This document shows, piece by piece, positions 13,545 to 25,798 of a stretch of 64,000 nt of DNA (position 1 is its first letter; each line of letters opens with the position of its first letter). The position numbers were made by a program, and so were the translations under genes. Source of the stretch: Raja brachyura. Taxonomy: Eukaryota. The notes under the pieces were generated by a model, which searched no databases, was not told the DNA's origin, and saw nothing but the letters and a program-made list of their open reading frames with translations. The stretch lies in the NCBI GenBank assembly GCA_963514005.1, contig OY740808.1, forward strand, positions 6,572,001-6,636,000, read 5' to 3'.

Positions 13545-15110
13545 CGGGAGGGTTTAAACTATGGAGACAAGGGTGGGAGCCAGAGTAGTAGGTCAGCAAT
13601 TGGAACTAGTGATGGGGAAAGTAGAGATTAGGACCAATATGTTTCAAAGGAAAGACATGCAGGGAGAGGCGAAAGAATATCGTGAAGCTGATGGCCTGAA
13701 GTGAGTTTATTTCAATGCAAGGTGTATTGTGAAGAACGCGCAGGAACGGTGCTTGGGACTGCGATGTTGTGCCCATTGTGGGAATGTGGTTGCGAGAGGG
13801 ACATGACAGACAGTTCAATGTTCCAGGGTTTCAATTTGAGATGTGATAGAGAGAGAGAGACTCCCTGTTGGATTGCAACCTTGTCGTGGTCGGGGAGCTT
13901 GTGTGTCTCAGTGACCTCTGGAGCTACGCCAGTGGGAGATTCGACTCCTGTTAGGGTCTCCCATGCTGGACAGGTCGAAGGGTAGAGGCGAGACGAAGAG
14001 CGATCCACTGGTCCTCCAGGTTGGAGGTTGAGCACAGGGCTAACAACCCTGTCCCGTAAAACAAATATGTTACGGAAACAGCAAGTGAAGGAATCAACAC
14101 TACTGGGCGTGATGGACTTCCAGGGCTATCAACAGATGCTAGGATGAATGTACCAGACAGCATCCCAAGAATAGCCCTGCACTGGACACTGGAAGGGAAA
14201 AGGAAAAGAGGGAGACCCAAAACCACCTGGCGTCGAACTGTAGAGGAGGAAATGAAAACAACGGACCTGACCTGGGGTAGTGTCCAGAAGGTAGCCCAGA
14301 ACAGACAGGAGTGGTGGACCTTCTTTGCTGCCCTACATGCCAGGAGGCATAATAGGCAGTAAATAAGAGAGAGAGAGAGAGAGAGAGAAGGAATGGAGGT
14401 GGAGGAGTTGCTCTCCGAACAAGGGAGAATATCACAGAGAGGTCATAAGAGAAAATAAGAAAGATGCAAGCACTCTAATGGGATTCCCTCCTCCTCCAGC
14501 GGTAGATGGAAAAACATATATTTAGACAGATTGCTGGATTGTCCTAGTGGATAAATTTAACTTTCCCAATATTGACTGAGACTTGCTTAGTGCCAAAGGC
14601 TTAGACGGGGCAGAATTAGTGAGGCGTATTCAAGAGAGTTTATTGGAACAGAAAGTGGATAGTCCAACCCAAGAAGGGAGCATACCTGACCTAGTGCTGG
14701 GAAGTGAGCCAGGCCAGGTTACTGGTGTTTTAGTGGAAGAACATTTTGGGGGATAGTGATCACAACTTCATAAACTTCAAGATTGTTGTGACTAAGGTTA
14801 AGTTACTAAATTGGAGTAAGGCAAATTACAACTCACGAAGGGTCCCGACCCAAACTTCGCCTATCCATATTCTCCTGAGATGCTGCCTGACCCGCTGAGT
14901 AACTCCAGCACCCTGTATATTTTACTGTTTATTTCAGGCAGGAGCTCGGGAGGTTACATTGAGACCCGTTGTTAATGAGCAAATCTGACGTGGAAGTAAT
15001 TTGAAGTCCAGGTGATCAAAATTAAGGTCCGGCATGTTCCAGTAAGGAGAAGGGGTTAAACATGGCAAAGTAAGATGACCAAAGAAGTTGTAAATTTGGT
15101 CAAAAAGAAA
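13545..15110 (+). mobile_element. Old CR1 endonuclease-region remnant hosting nested RTE and Penelope-derived inserts
   Basis: Decayed YFNAR and FNFPNID-like motifs, plus an LDLVL/SDHN-like region. Confidence 0.6.
13861..14366 (+). mobile_element. Internally deleted RTE-clade element (5'UTR fused to ORF end), inserted in (GA)n inside a decayed CR1
   Basis: RTE-type 5' motif ccttgtcgtggt..gagcta; C-terminal peptide ALHWTLEGKRKRGRPKTTWRRTVEEEM; GA runs on both sides. Confidence 0.75.
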
Positions 15111-15777
15111 ACGGAGGTGTTATTTCTAAAATGCATAAATCAAACCTGCGTAAAATGCATGTGCCTATATTTTCAATCCTCCTGCCTTCAAGCAACACTC
15201 TCATCTCCAAGAAGAATTGTAAGAATGAATATGTAGGAAGGAACTGTAAATACTGGTTAATACCGAAGATAGATGCAAAATGCTAGAGTATCTCAGTGGG
15301 TCAGGCAGCATCTCCAGAAAAAAGGAATGAGTGGTGTTTCGGGTTCGGAATCCTTCGATAGACCAATATTATGTGTCTATCTTCTATAAAAAATGAAGCT
15401 GATCTCCGCCATTACTGCTCTTGCTTCCCTCAATAATATGATATTTCCTATTCAATCTTTGAAAACTTTGACCCTCAAGTATATCCCAAAGAGTTATTTT
15501 GTACATGGGTTAAAGCAATGAGTAACAGCACAGTATTGATCAGTGAAGGGACTTGTGCCAAAACATGGTCAAACCTCTGATCAGACGCACATGCTTTTTT
15601 GAACAAGATCAACAGAGCAGGGATCAAAACAGAACTTTTGGATTCTCGCTTTAAATACCCTTGCTTGGAGCAGTCAATTGTGTTCCTGTCTCCCACAAAA
15701 GAGATACCATTGTCTTATTTAACATCTCCTAAATAGCCATGGGTAATGTATTGAAACCAAAACATTCCAGATCTGTT

Positions 15778-16098
15778 GGGGCGGCACAGTGGCAGCAGCA
15801 GCAGCGGCGATAGAGTTGCTGCCTCTTTGCGCCAGAGACCCGGATTCGATCCTGACTACGGGTGCTGTCCATACAGAGTTTCTATGTTCTCCCCGTGACT
15901 GCGTGGGTTTTCTCTGGATGCTCCAGTTTCCTCCACACTTCAAAGACACACAGTTTGTAGCTTAATTGGATTCGGTAAAGATTGTAAATTGTCCCTACTG
16001 TGTAGAATAGTGCTAGTGCACAGGGATCACTGGTCGACACGGGCACGGTGGGCTGAAAACTCTGTTTCCGCGCTGTATCTCTAAACTAAACTAAACTA
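15778..16098 (+). mobile_element. tRNA-derived SINE (HE1/V-SINE-like)
   Basis: A/B-box head, V-domain-like core, CR1-like tail, (ctaaa)n end. Confidence 0.85.
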
Positions 16099-16272
16099 TA
16101 GTACCCTCATGTTCCTGTTGGGAGAGTCTACGACTAGAGGTCATAGCCTCAGAATTAAAGGACGTTCTTTTAGGAAGGTTGATGAGGAGAAATTTATTTA
16201 GTCAGAGGGTGATGATTCTGTGGAATTTGCTACAGAAGGCTGTGGAGGCTGTCAATGGATATTTTTAAGGCC

Positions 16273-16463
16273 TCCTGTTTCGTGTCCATCTTGTTACAAA
16301 TGTTGGCCTCGTTGTCATCGTCCGTCCTGAAAAGGACGCAAGCTTCCGGCGACAATCAGTGGGAGCCATCACTTGCCGCAATAGATGATGGTGGTAGCAG
16401 AATTAGCTCGGGATTCTTCCCGTTTCCAGCCCCGCGACGTGGACGCTTCTGCCAAGGGGCCTC
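16273..16463 (-). mobile_element. 191-bp non-autonomous Vingi/Ingi-like retroelement with 9-bp TSD, nested in a CR1 fragment
   Basis: tttaaggcc at 16264-16272 and 16464-16472; 5' HDV ribozyme; short ORF start MAPTDCRRKLASFSGRTMT; 3' end ...GGACACGAAA. Confidence 0.7.
16395..16461 (-). ncRNA. HDV-like self-cleaving ribozyme (predicted, 67 nt)
   Basis: Minus strand reads GGCCCC U UGGCAGAA GCG UCCACGU CGC GGGGCU GG AAA CGGGA AGAA UCCCG AG C UAA UUCUGCUA. This gives P1, P2, P3, L3, P1.1, P4 and J4/2 with the catalytic C. Confidence 0.9.
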
Positions 16464-16703
16464 TTTAAGGCCGAGATTGATAGATTCTTAATTAGTGCAG
16501 GTGTCAGAGGTTATGGGGAGAAGGCAGGAGAATGGGGTTAGGAGGGAGAGATAGATCAGTCATGATTGAATGCGGGAGTAGACTTGATGGGCCGAATGGC
16601 CTAATTCTACATTCCTTATGACCATCTGATGAGACATACTGAGCCATTTTATAAATGGATTTTTTGTACTTCATGTGGGTTAATCATCACTTTTCTCCAA
16701 CAG

Positions 16704-16839
16704 CATGACGTTGAAACTGTTGATCCACGAGGCCGGACACCATTGCACCTCGCCGTCTCTCTTGGACACTTGGAATGTGTGGAAGTGCTGCTTCAAAACA
16801 ATGCTTCTGTCGTCAAGGAGAATGCCAAGGGATGGACAG
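16704..16839 (+). CDS. ANKRD13A: ANKRD13A exon 2 (ankyrin repeat, [18 protein letters not shown])
   Basis: ttttctccaacag acceptor, gtcagg donor, 136 nt. Confidence 0.95.
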
Positions 16840-18649
16840 GTCAGGAATATTTAACAATCGGATCCAACGTAGGGTACAAAATCAAATACAGGCACCTCTC
16901 GTTTTAGACAGGAGTTACGGGCTTAAAAAGCAGTGTGTAAGTCAATCGTAAGCCACCTGACTTCACTGCCTACACTACACTACTTCTAGATGAGGGTAAA
17001 TCTGCCTACACTGACTACACTACAATGAGGGTAAATCACATCACACTACATTATAAAGCTTTCCCTTCCATCTGTACCTGAAATGCTTGATGTTAACCGT
17101 CGGAGCATAAAACTGAGAAAATTACCCGTGTGTGAGCCATGATTGGAAAATATGGCAGGCAGATAGATTTAAACATGTGATCTACTAGCTGCAGACAATC
17201 ATTTGAGTTTTTGTTCAGCTATGCAAAAGCAAACTTGCAAGATCTCAGGCCATGGCCTCAGCATAAACGGACATGCATTTAGGAAGGGGATGAGAAGGAA
17301 TGTCTTTAGTCAGAGGGTGGAGAATCTGTGAAATTCATTGACACAGATGTCTGTGGAGGCCAAGTCAATAGATATGTTTAATGGGGCGTTTGACAGATAC
17401 TTGATTAGTACAGATGTCATGGATTGTGGGGCAAACGCAGCAGAATGGGGTTGAGAGGGAAAGATAGATCAGCCATGGTGGAATGGCGGAGTAGACTTGA
17501 TGGGCCGAATGGCCTAATTCCGTACCTAGAATGTATGAACATAATATTGAAAGCTGACGTGCAAATTTGCCAGGCATAAATTTGAGTGCGTTATTTGAGA
17601 AAATAGGAGCACATAAATTAAACTTGGGTAGTAATTAGACAAGCACGTTATTATAAACATGTGTAAAACTAGCGCAGGCAAGATGGATAAAAGGAGCATG
17701 TACAATCTTTGGGCGGCTGGGAGAACCTGGGGTGGAAGAATGAGATGGACAAACAGAAAGATTAATAAAGACGATGAGTTGGGGCATTTGTGGCTCGAGC
17801 GGACACTTGCCCAACAGTTCGGCCAGATGAGCTTCCTTTTTAGATTAAAAACATTTTTTTTCTCTTCCCAATTGGTGAGAAACAGCAAGCGTTTGTCAAC
17901 AAATGCAACGCTGACACCTTGCAGTGTGAGGAACAGCACTTTTTACACCACACCCTCGCAGTCTGTGGTCAAGTTGCAATGAGTAGCAAAATGCAGCCAA
18001 GGCGGAAGAGGAAGTTTTATTTTTAGCAAACCAGGCACTAACTCAAAACGCAAACAAAGTACAGGGAACATGATCTTATGGCCTGGCTGGGTGTTCCCCA
18101 AATTAACACCCAATTATTTTCCGTCTTTGTATTTATTAAGAGAAAAATGTTGAAATCAGGAAGAATTTTATAAGTGGTGCACAAAAATTAAACATAACTT
18201 TTGAAGTTTGAAACTAAATACAAGTCTGACGATGTTTGGGTCTCCCTTCATGTATCACCACTATTGGCTTTCCATTTCATTTTTCCTTATCTGACACCTT
18301 TTTGTCTTATTTTTACCTCCAGCCTTTGTCACTGACTTCACCCATTGGATAATCATCCCTTCACCCCCCCCCCCCCCCCCCTTCACTTATCCACCTATCA
18401 CTCGCCAGGTTTTGTCCCACCCCCACCTCTATTTTCAGGTTTTCTCTCATCAATGGAAAATCCAGAATTCTTGCCTTTCAGTTAAAGGACACTCATTGAT
18501 AAAGCAGCTGAAGACGGATCTTCTTCTGAAGATGGGTCTCAAACTGAAACATCACCTACCCATGCTCTGCAGAGATGCTGAGTTACCTCAGAACTTTGTG
18601 TCCTATTGTGTATCAACCAGCATCTACACCCTTTTTGTGTCGAGTCTGA

Positions 18650-19420
18650 TTCCAGCCAGCGAAGGATTTTCTCCTGGATTCCCTTTGACTCTAGTTTAGC
18701 CAAGGCTCCTTGATGTCATTCTTCATCAAATGCTGTCATGGGCCATTGCACTCATTTTGCCTCTGGATTTTACCTCTTTCGTCCCATGTTTGGACTAAGG
18801 TTGAGTGACTTTGGCGGAACCCAAGCTGAACCTGTGCAAGCATGTTGCTTCTCAGCAAGCACCACTTGATAGCACTTATGATTATCCCTTCTGCCAATTT
18901 GCTGATGATCAAGTGGAGAGGTAATTGGTTGGTTGGATTTGCCCCAGGAGGGGTTGGATTTGTGGGCAAGACGTTCCTGAGCAATTCTCCACATTGTTGG
19001 CTGGACGCCAGTATTGTAGCCACACTGGAACAGCATGTACCAAGGCATGGCAAGTTCAAAAACACAGGTGTTCGGTACGATTGCTGGAATGTTATCGAAG
19101 TCCACAGCCTTTGATGTATCCATAGTCATTTCTTGACATCACATTGAGTGAATGAAATTGGCTGCTGCTTCTTGCGTATGGCGTGCACAGCCTAAAGTTG
19201 TGGAACAATTTGTTCTATTTGATCTTATTAGATTGTGCACGCCGGGTTGATTGCATTTGTCGAAACAAGCGGACCACGTGAAGGTTGCAATCTTCCACCC
19301 CATCAAATTTCTGTTTGCACTGATGTGCTGAGCTCCCCATCTATATGAGTGAGGATATTTGTGGGAGCCTTGTCCTCCAGTGAGCTGTTTAATTGTTCCA
19401 CACCAAGCATGACTGGATGT
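18650..19420 (-). mobile_element. Decayed CR1/L2-group RT fragment
   Basis: Frameshifted DNIPAIV, PTMWRIAQ and QLGFRQSHS motifs. Confidence 0.65.
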
Positions 19421-19580
19421 GGCATATTTAACAATTTTCCTGTGAAACAAGTCATGCTACATTTAAATACGCTAAGTAAATCTTGTTGTTGTTGTTGTTA
19501 CATTGGAAGATTACAGGCAAGTCGTCTAATAAGTGTATTACCAGTCGTTAATCATGGCTTAAATGTTTCCTTCACTCCAG

Positions 19581-19705
19581 TTCTACAGGAGGCAGTCAGC
19601 ACAGGAGATCCTGAGTTGCTGCAGAAAATTCTTCAGCATCGGGACTATATCAGAATAAACTCTCATCTAAATGGAGTTCCAGAACTACTCAACATGATAC
19701 AAAAG
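19581..19705 (+). CDS. ANKRD13A: ANKRD13A exon 3 (VLQEAVSTGDPELL...)
   Basis: ag/gt boundaries, 125 nt, conserved peptide. Confidence 0.95.
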
Positions 19706-20439
19706 GTAACGACTGCCCTAGCATTCTGAACAAGTTAAATAAAAATATAATTTTAATATATATCCGTTCCGTTCAAATATTTCATTTGCATCATGATTCT
19801 GTCTAGAATCCTATTCAGAACATTAATTGGTATGTAACCTTTTTTGTCATGTATGTACTCTGCAATTCTCCTAAACTCCGACTAGTTAGTTTCCAACTTG
19901 ATTCAAATCCATCCAGTTCTGTTCAAACCAAAAGCCAGCCAAATAATTCTCAAAATTAGTGGTTCTTGCATTCTAAGTTTCTGTTTGCATAAGTTAAGAA
20001 AGGCAATAGGGATGATCCCTTATTGTTATCATCTGGATTTATCATTATATAACTTCCCACCTCTTTCGTTCTCACTTACAAAGCATACCAAGCCTCAGAA
20101 GCCTAAGGCAACTTGGCGTGTATCAGATAACTAGTCATTTGTGGTGGGTACCACAACTGAAATATTCCCTTTTCTTGATGATCTGTGAAACTAAGCTTAC
20201 TAGATTGTAATTGGGAACAAAAACCAAGTCCTGGGATGTTGAGAAAATGATGACATTTAATCAGCACTGCATGCACTGGGGATATTCCTGATCTGTGAGA
20301 CTCGGCTCAGTTCAGCTCCAAATTGAATCATCCGAGGAATTAGTTAATGATTTAACTCTTAACTCCTTACTTAGGATAGTAATCGATTAATGTTGTTTCT
20401 ATCTCTTTTATTACTCTTGTCTATTATGTTCAATTTGGA

Positions 20440-20720
20440 GGGCAGCACAGTGGCGCAGCGGTAGAGTTGCCGCCTTCCAGCGCCAGAGACCCGAGTTTGA
20501 TCCTGACTACGGTGCTATCTGTACAGAATTTGTACGTTCTCCCTGTGACCACGGGGGTTTCCTCCCACACTCCAAAGACATGCAGGTTTGTAGGTTAATT
20601 GGCTTCTGTAAATTGTCCCTAGCGTGTGCGATAGCGCTGGTGTATGGGTGATCGCTGGTGGGCATGGACTCAGTGGGCCGAAGGGCCTGTTTCCACTCTG
20701 TATCTCTAAAGTAAAGTCTA
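20440..20720 (+). mobile_element. tRNA-derived SINE (HE1/V-SINE-like)
   Basis: Same family as 15778. Confidence 0.85.
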
Positions 20721-22254
20721 AGGAAGCTAAACTTTTCACTGTAGTTCAAAGCACTCGGCATTGGGATCACTCCTCCTGCCATTTTTTTGCCTTTCTATAT
20801 ATTCTCTGTGAAATCTTCAGAGATTTGATTTTTTTTTAAATTGCATCCCATAGATAGATTCCACTAATAAAACAATTGTCCTCAATGTTAAATTATTGTC
20901 AATCACTACATGAGAGAATGCTAGGTTAAAAATTAAACAATGAATAACTTTGCACTCAGCTATCTTTAGAGACCCCCAGTGGGTTTGAATGAAAAATACG
21001 CCATAATTAACCAAAATTTAAGCTTGACTAATGTAAGAAAGTGGAAATTTGGTTCTATGTATCTAAGTTTGTCCTAAAATGCACTATTGGGATGGACAAT
21101 AGGTGCAGGAGTAGGCTATTTGGCCCTTCGAGCCAGCACCGCCATTCAATGTGATCATGGCTGATCATCCCCAATCAGTACCCCGTTCCTGCCTTCTCCC
21201 CATATCCCCTGACACTGCTATCTTTAAGAGCCCTATCTAACTATCTCTTGAAAGTATCTAGAGAACTGGCCTCCACTGCCCTCTGAGGCAGAGAATTCCG
21301 CAGACTGTGAAAAAGTGTTTCCTCATTTCCTTTCTAAATGGCTTACCCCTTATTCTTGGTTCTGGACTCCCCGAACAATGGTGCAGAGGAATCGTTATTG
21401 CCTAAAAATTTCACCCCTGATGGGCAGTACTCCCTCTTCTCCCTTCAGGCAAGAGGTGCCGAATTGTGAAAACACTAACCTCCAAATTCAGGCACAGTTT
21501 CTTTCCAACTGTTATGAGGCATCTGGACCATCCTATCACCAACTAGAGGGTGGTCCTGTGCTGCCACCTGCCTCGTGGAGAACCCTCTGACTAGCTTTAA
21601 TCAGATTTTACTGGACTTTAACTTGCACTAAACATTATTCTCTTTATCACGTACCTGTGCGTGACAATAAGCTAAACTACGTAACACTTCAATGGCATCA
21701 ACTTGTTGTACTGTGTCTCTAAATTATCTTTGATATTGCCTTTGTGAAACAAATTTTGTTAACAAAGGATATTGGTCCAACTGACCTGCACTTCAACAAT
21801 ACTAACTAGGATGAATTTTTATGTGATTCAAATATCTTTGACTTGAAAAGTTAAATCTGACCACTGAGTAATTTTAGATTTTTCTCACCCAAGAAAACCT
21901 AATGCTAAATTAATGAACTTCTAATTTGCTTCCCTTTCAACAAAAAATCTAACTAATTTAAAAAAAGGTTATTTATTTTAAAAAAACAGAAGGGTATGAT
22001 GCGAAATCACCTTTTATATTCCAGCACAATTGTACCGTTACCCATTCCTTTACTAATCTCTCACTGATTATTTAAATTAAAAATAAACTTTAATAAAGAA
22101 TATTACACTAGGTTGTAAATACAATAGCTAGTTTGGGTCTTTTAGATATTTGATCCAGTACTGAGGGATTAATTGTGCTATTTTGTTTTTCATACTATCT
22201 TCGAACTTTTGATTTGACGTACTTAACCCACCTTTTAAAAACATTTCTTAACAG

Positions 22255-22300
22255 ACTTCTGATTTCTATGTGGAGATGAAATGGGAGTTTACCAGCTGGA
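22255..22300 (+). CDS. ANKRD13A: ANKRD13A exon 4 (TSDFYVEMKWEFTSW)
   Basis: 46-nt exon, acag/gtaagt boundaries, highly conserved motif. Confidence 0.95.
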
Positions 22301-23434
22301 GTAAGTGTACTTGTTTTCAAAATAACTCGTTCTATATCCCTGTATTGGCAATGATCCTTTTCAGATGGCTTTTGTTCTATTTTAAGGATGATTTACTCCA
22401 TGCTGGGAAGCACTGATCATGAGATACCAAGATGTATTAGAAGGTTTAGCCAAATATTTTTTATTTGTGCTGCTTATGGTCAGCATAGATGTCCTATTCT
22501 GTTTTAGTCTTGCCTCAAATTTCCTAATTGATATTGCGAGGTGCCAGTCTGAAGATACGCTCGTATTCTTTACTCCATTTTATGACGCTTATAATAACAT
22601 TTTGCATTTGCCTATTGTTTTATAATGAAGTAAAGTATTGCAAAATATTCCAAGGTGTTTAACGCAATACAGGTCATGTCCAGGTTATGAATGCCTGAAT
22701 GACATATGATCGAGTATTTGGGAGACCGTCGGAATGGATTTGCTATCTGCTGCAGCTGCTGCAGACATTTTCAGCAAGGTGGGAACCTGGATCATGGCAG
22801 TAACATTGCATGGTGCAGAGAAATCTGAATAGTTGAGCTAAACAACCTGGCTTAACCACACTTTGCCCTTGGTTGACCAATGTTTGTACGGGTGTCGGAG
22901 GTTATGGGGAGAAGGCAGGAGAATGGGGTTAGGAGGGAGAGTTATATCAGCCATGATTAAATGGCGGAGTAGACTTGATGGGCCGTATGGCCTAATTCTA
23001 CTCCTATCACTTATGATCTTATGATGATTTAAATATATTGCTGAGTGGCCACATTTTGAACTTACAAACTCCTCAGATCCCTGTCGTAACCTGAGGAAGA
23101 ACTGTAAGTGAAGGAGATCTATTCAAAAGAAAATATCATCCTGAAGGAAGTTATTAATAAGACTAAGAGGCTTTTGCATCCAGTAGGGAATTGTTGCTTT
23201 TACACGTGAACCTATTAGTTGGTTTCGCTCATTGCTTGGTTTTAAGCCTACGTCACCGCTTTTACACACTTGAATTCATTCTAATTTTAAAGAGTTTGTG
23301 TAAACAAGAGCAAAGTGGTTTTAAATCCTCTCTTTTTTTAAAAAAGCCACTGCTATCTGTCATTTGAAGTAATCAAACATTTATCTTTGAATTATATGGG
23401 TTGCATCCTTTTCCCAGGCTGCTGTGAGTCTTAA

Positions 23435-23672
23435 AGGGCCTGTCCCACTTGGCGATTTTTTTTTCGGCGACTGCCGGCATCATTAACTGTCGTCCCGGGT
23501 CGCCAAAGGGTTTTGAACATTTCAAAATGCAGCGGCGACAAAAAAAATGTTGCCACACTTGAGGAGACACCGCGCATCAATACGTCGTCACGCCACGACT
23601 TTGTCGGTGACCTGATACATCAGTCGATGATTCTAACAGTCGCCGAAAAAATCGGCAAGTGCGACAGGCCCT
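23435..23672. mobile_element. PIF/Harbinger-like MITE, TAA TSD, TIRs of about 37 bp
   Basis: agggcctgtcccacttggcgattttt..tcggcgactg / cagtcgccgaaaaaatcggcaagtgcgacaggccct. Confidence 0.82.
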
Positions 23673-23952
23673 TAACTCTGACAATAGCTTGCATGGCTAG
23701 TTGCAAATGTTGTATTGATATATGCTTGTGGAGGAATTAAATTGTATTTAAAACCTATGTAGTGAATATTTAAGTGGACAAGCATCAAATTACCTGTAAC
23801 ATATTTACATCAAGCACTTGCATGGTTCCGATATCCAAAGGTACAAAAATAAGGTGTTTTTATAATACGATTCCCTCCGCCACATTAAGGCTTAAATTTT
23901 TTATTTTATATTCTTCCCGTGCACATTTCTTTGATTTATCTCACTTTTCCAG

Positions 23953-24096
23953 TTCCCCTGGTGTCAAAGATGTGCCCAAGTGATGTCTACCGAATATGGA
24001 AGAGCGGTGCCAACCTACGGGTAGATACCACCTTGCTGAACTTTGAGAATATGAGATGGGAAAGGGGACATCGCAGCTACATTTTTAAGGGAAAAG
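23953..24096 (+). CDS. ANKRD13A: ANKRD13A exon 5 ([18 protein letters not shown]...)
   Basis: 144 nt, ag/gt boundaries, conserved peptide. Confidence 0.95.
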
Positions 24097-24253
24097 GTAA
24101 ATGCAGGAACTTCAAATTTGGATATCAAGGCTCTGTGAGTGTTTATTTTCTTCTTCCTCAGATTATATTCATCTTGAGGCAACCACATTGTAAATCAAGC
24201 AATTCATTAAGCAGAGCGATCTGAAAATATCTAAATATCCAATTTTTAATTAA

Positions 24254-24545
24254 GGGTGGCACAATAACGCCGCTGTTAGAGCTGTTGCCTCACAGTGTCA
24301 GGGACCTGGGTTCAAATCTGACCTTGTGTGCTGTCTGTGTGGAGTTTGCACATTCTCCCTGCGACCGCATGCGGTTCCTCCGAGTGCTCCGGTTTCCTCC
24401 CACATCCCAAGGACGTGTAGATTAATTGGCATCTGTAAAATTGACCCTAGTGTGTAGAGGGCAGTTGAGGAAGTGTGAACAGGTGATTGATCGGCATGGG
24501 CCGAAGGGCCTGCTTCAATACTGTATCCCTAAACTAACTAAAGTA
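24254..24545 (+). mobile_element. tRNA-derived SINE
   Basis: Same family. Confidence 0.8.
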
Positions 24546-25311
24546 ATCTGGAGACCTGGAAAATAATTTTGGCCTGACAAGATTATCATAATAGATTCAT
24601 CATAGTTTAGTGGGTAAACACAGTTTGGTGAAATGCTGTTATGTAATTCAGAGAGGCTTAATCTTGATTATGATGGTATTAGTGGTGTTACATTTGGTTC
24701 CTTCCATGCCCATTGCCTAGTAAATGGTGGAGAAAGTGGCAAGACTTGCACTTTTTTATCATTTTGATGGAAAATATACACAGTGGCACATGCAATAAGA
24801 ACAAATGTAACTCTGCTAACTCTCATTATCAAATTACCTGCACACACTGTCGAGATTTCCAGATGAAGACTGTGTCTGTTACAGTTTGGGCGCTTGCTCC
24901 TTCTGAATCTCCGATTTAAATCACTAATCAAACGGCTAACAATTGCCTATTCCCTTTATCATTATTCTTTTCCATATCTTTCATTCATTTGTTCTATATC
25001 TCTCGACATTGTAGTCTATATCTCTCGTTTCCCATTCCCCTGACCAGTCTGAAGAAGGGTCACGACCCGAAACGTCACCCATTGCTTCTCTCCAGAGATG
25101 CTGCCTGAGTTACTCCAACATTTTGTGTCTATAATTAAGTCAAGAACCTCGGTGTTGAGAATAATTCTTTTTTTTTAATTTAAAAAAAAAAGGTGCTCTT
25201 GCTAACTTAGTGTCTTCACTGTTTTATCTAAATATAATCGATTTTTAAGTTGCCATGATCTGTCCGTTTCTTCCGTTGTTAAGATTGTCATGATTTTGTT
25301 TCTGATGACAG

Positions 25312-25501
25312 CTGACAGGGCAGAGTTTATAGAGATGGACCATGATAACCAAGTCGTAGACCTGGAACACTTTGAGCTCTTGCAAGAACAACAAGGTCTC
25401 ACACTGTCGTCTGTAAGACCTACGGCGGATCAAGTTGCAAGTCGCCTTACTACCCCCATTGTTTCTACATACCTTGATACAAAAAACATATCATTTGAAA
25501 G
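25312..25501 (+). CDS. ANKRD13A: ANKRD13A exon 6 (...RLTTPIVSTYLDTKNISFER)
   Basis: 190 nt, ag/gt boundaries, phase-consistent. Confidence 0.93.
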
Positions 25502-25580
25502 GTAACCTTAACCTTGCACCCTGAATCTGAAATTCTAGTCATCACTATAGCTCGGTGTATGGATGTGATGATGGAATCTT

Positions 25581-25798
25581 AAGATAGATGCAAAATGCTG
25601 TGGTTACTCAGCGGGACAGGCAGCATCTCTGGAGAGAGGGAATGGGTGACCTTTCACTGACTGAGTCTGAAGAAGGGTCTCGACCCGAAACATCACCCAT
25701 TCCTTCCATCCAGAGATGCTGCCTGTCCTGCTGAGTAACCCCAGCATTTTGTGTCTATCTTTGGTGTAAACCAGCATCTGCAGTTCCTTCCTACCCAG
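25581..25798. mobile_element. Fold-back (inverted plus direct) copy of the Penelope-derived short element
   Basis: Inverted arms; ggaatctt at 25573-25580 and 25799-25806. Confidence 0.75.

Larger units (their letters stand above)
16100..16625 (+). mobile_element. CR1 3' fragment hosting the HDV-ribozyme element
   Basis: CR1 tail sequence is continuous across the insert (ggatatttttaaggc|cgagattgatagattc). Confidence 0.85.
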
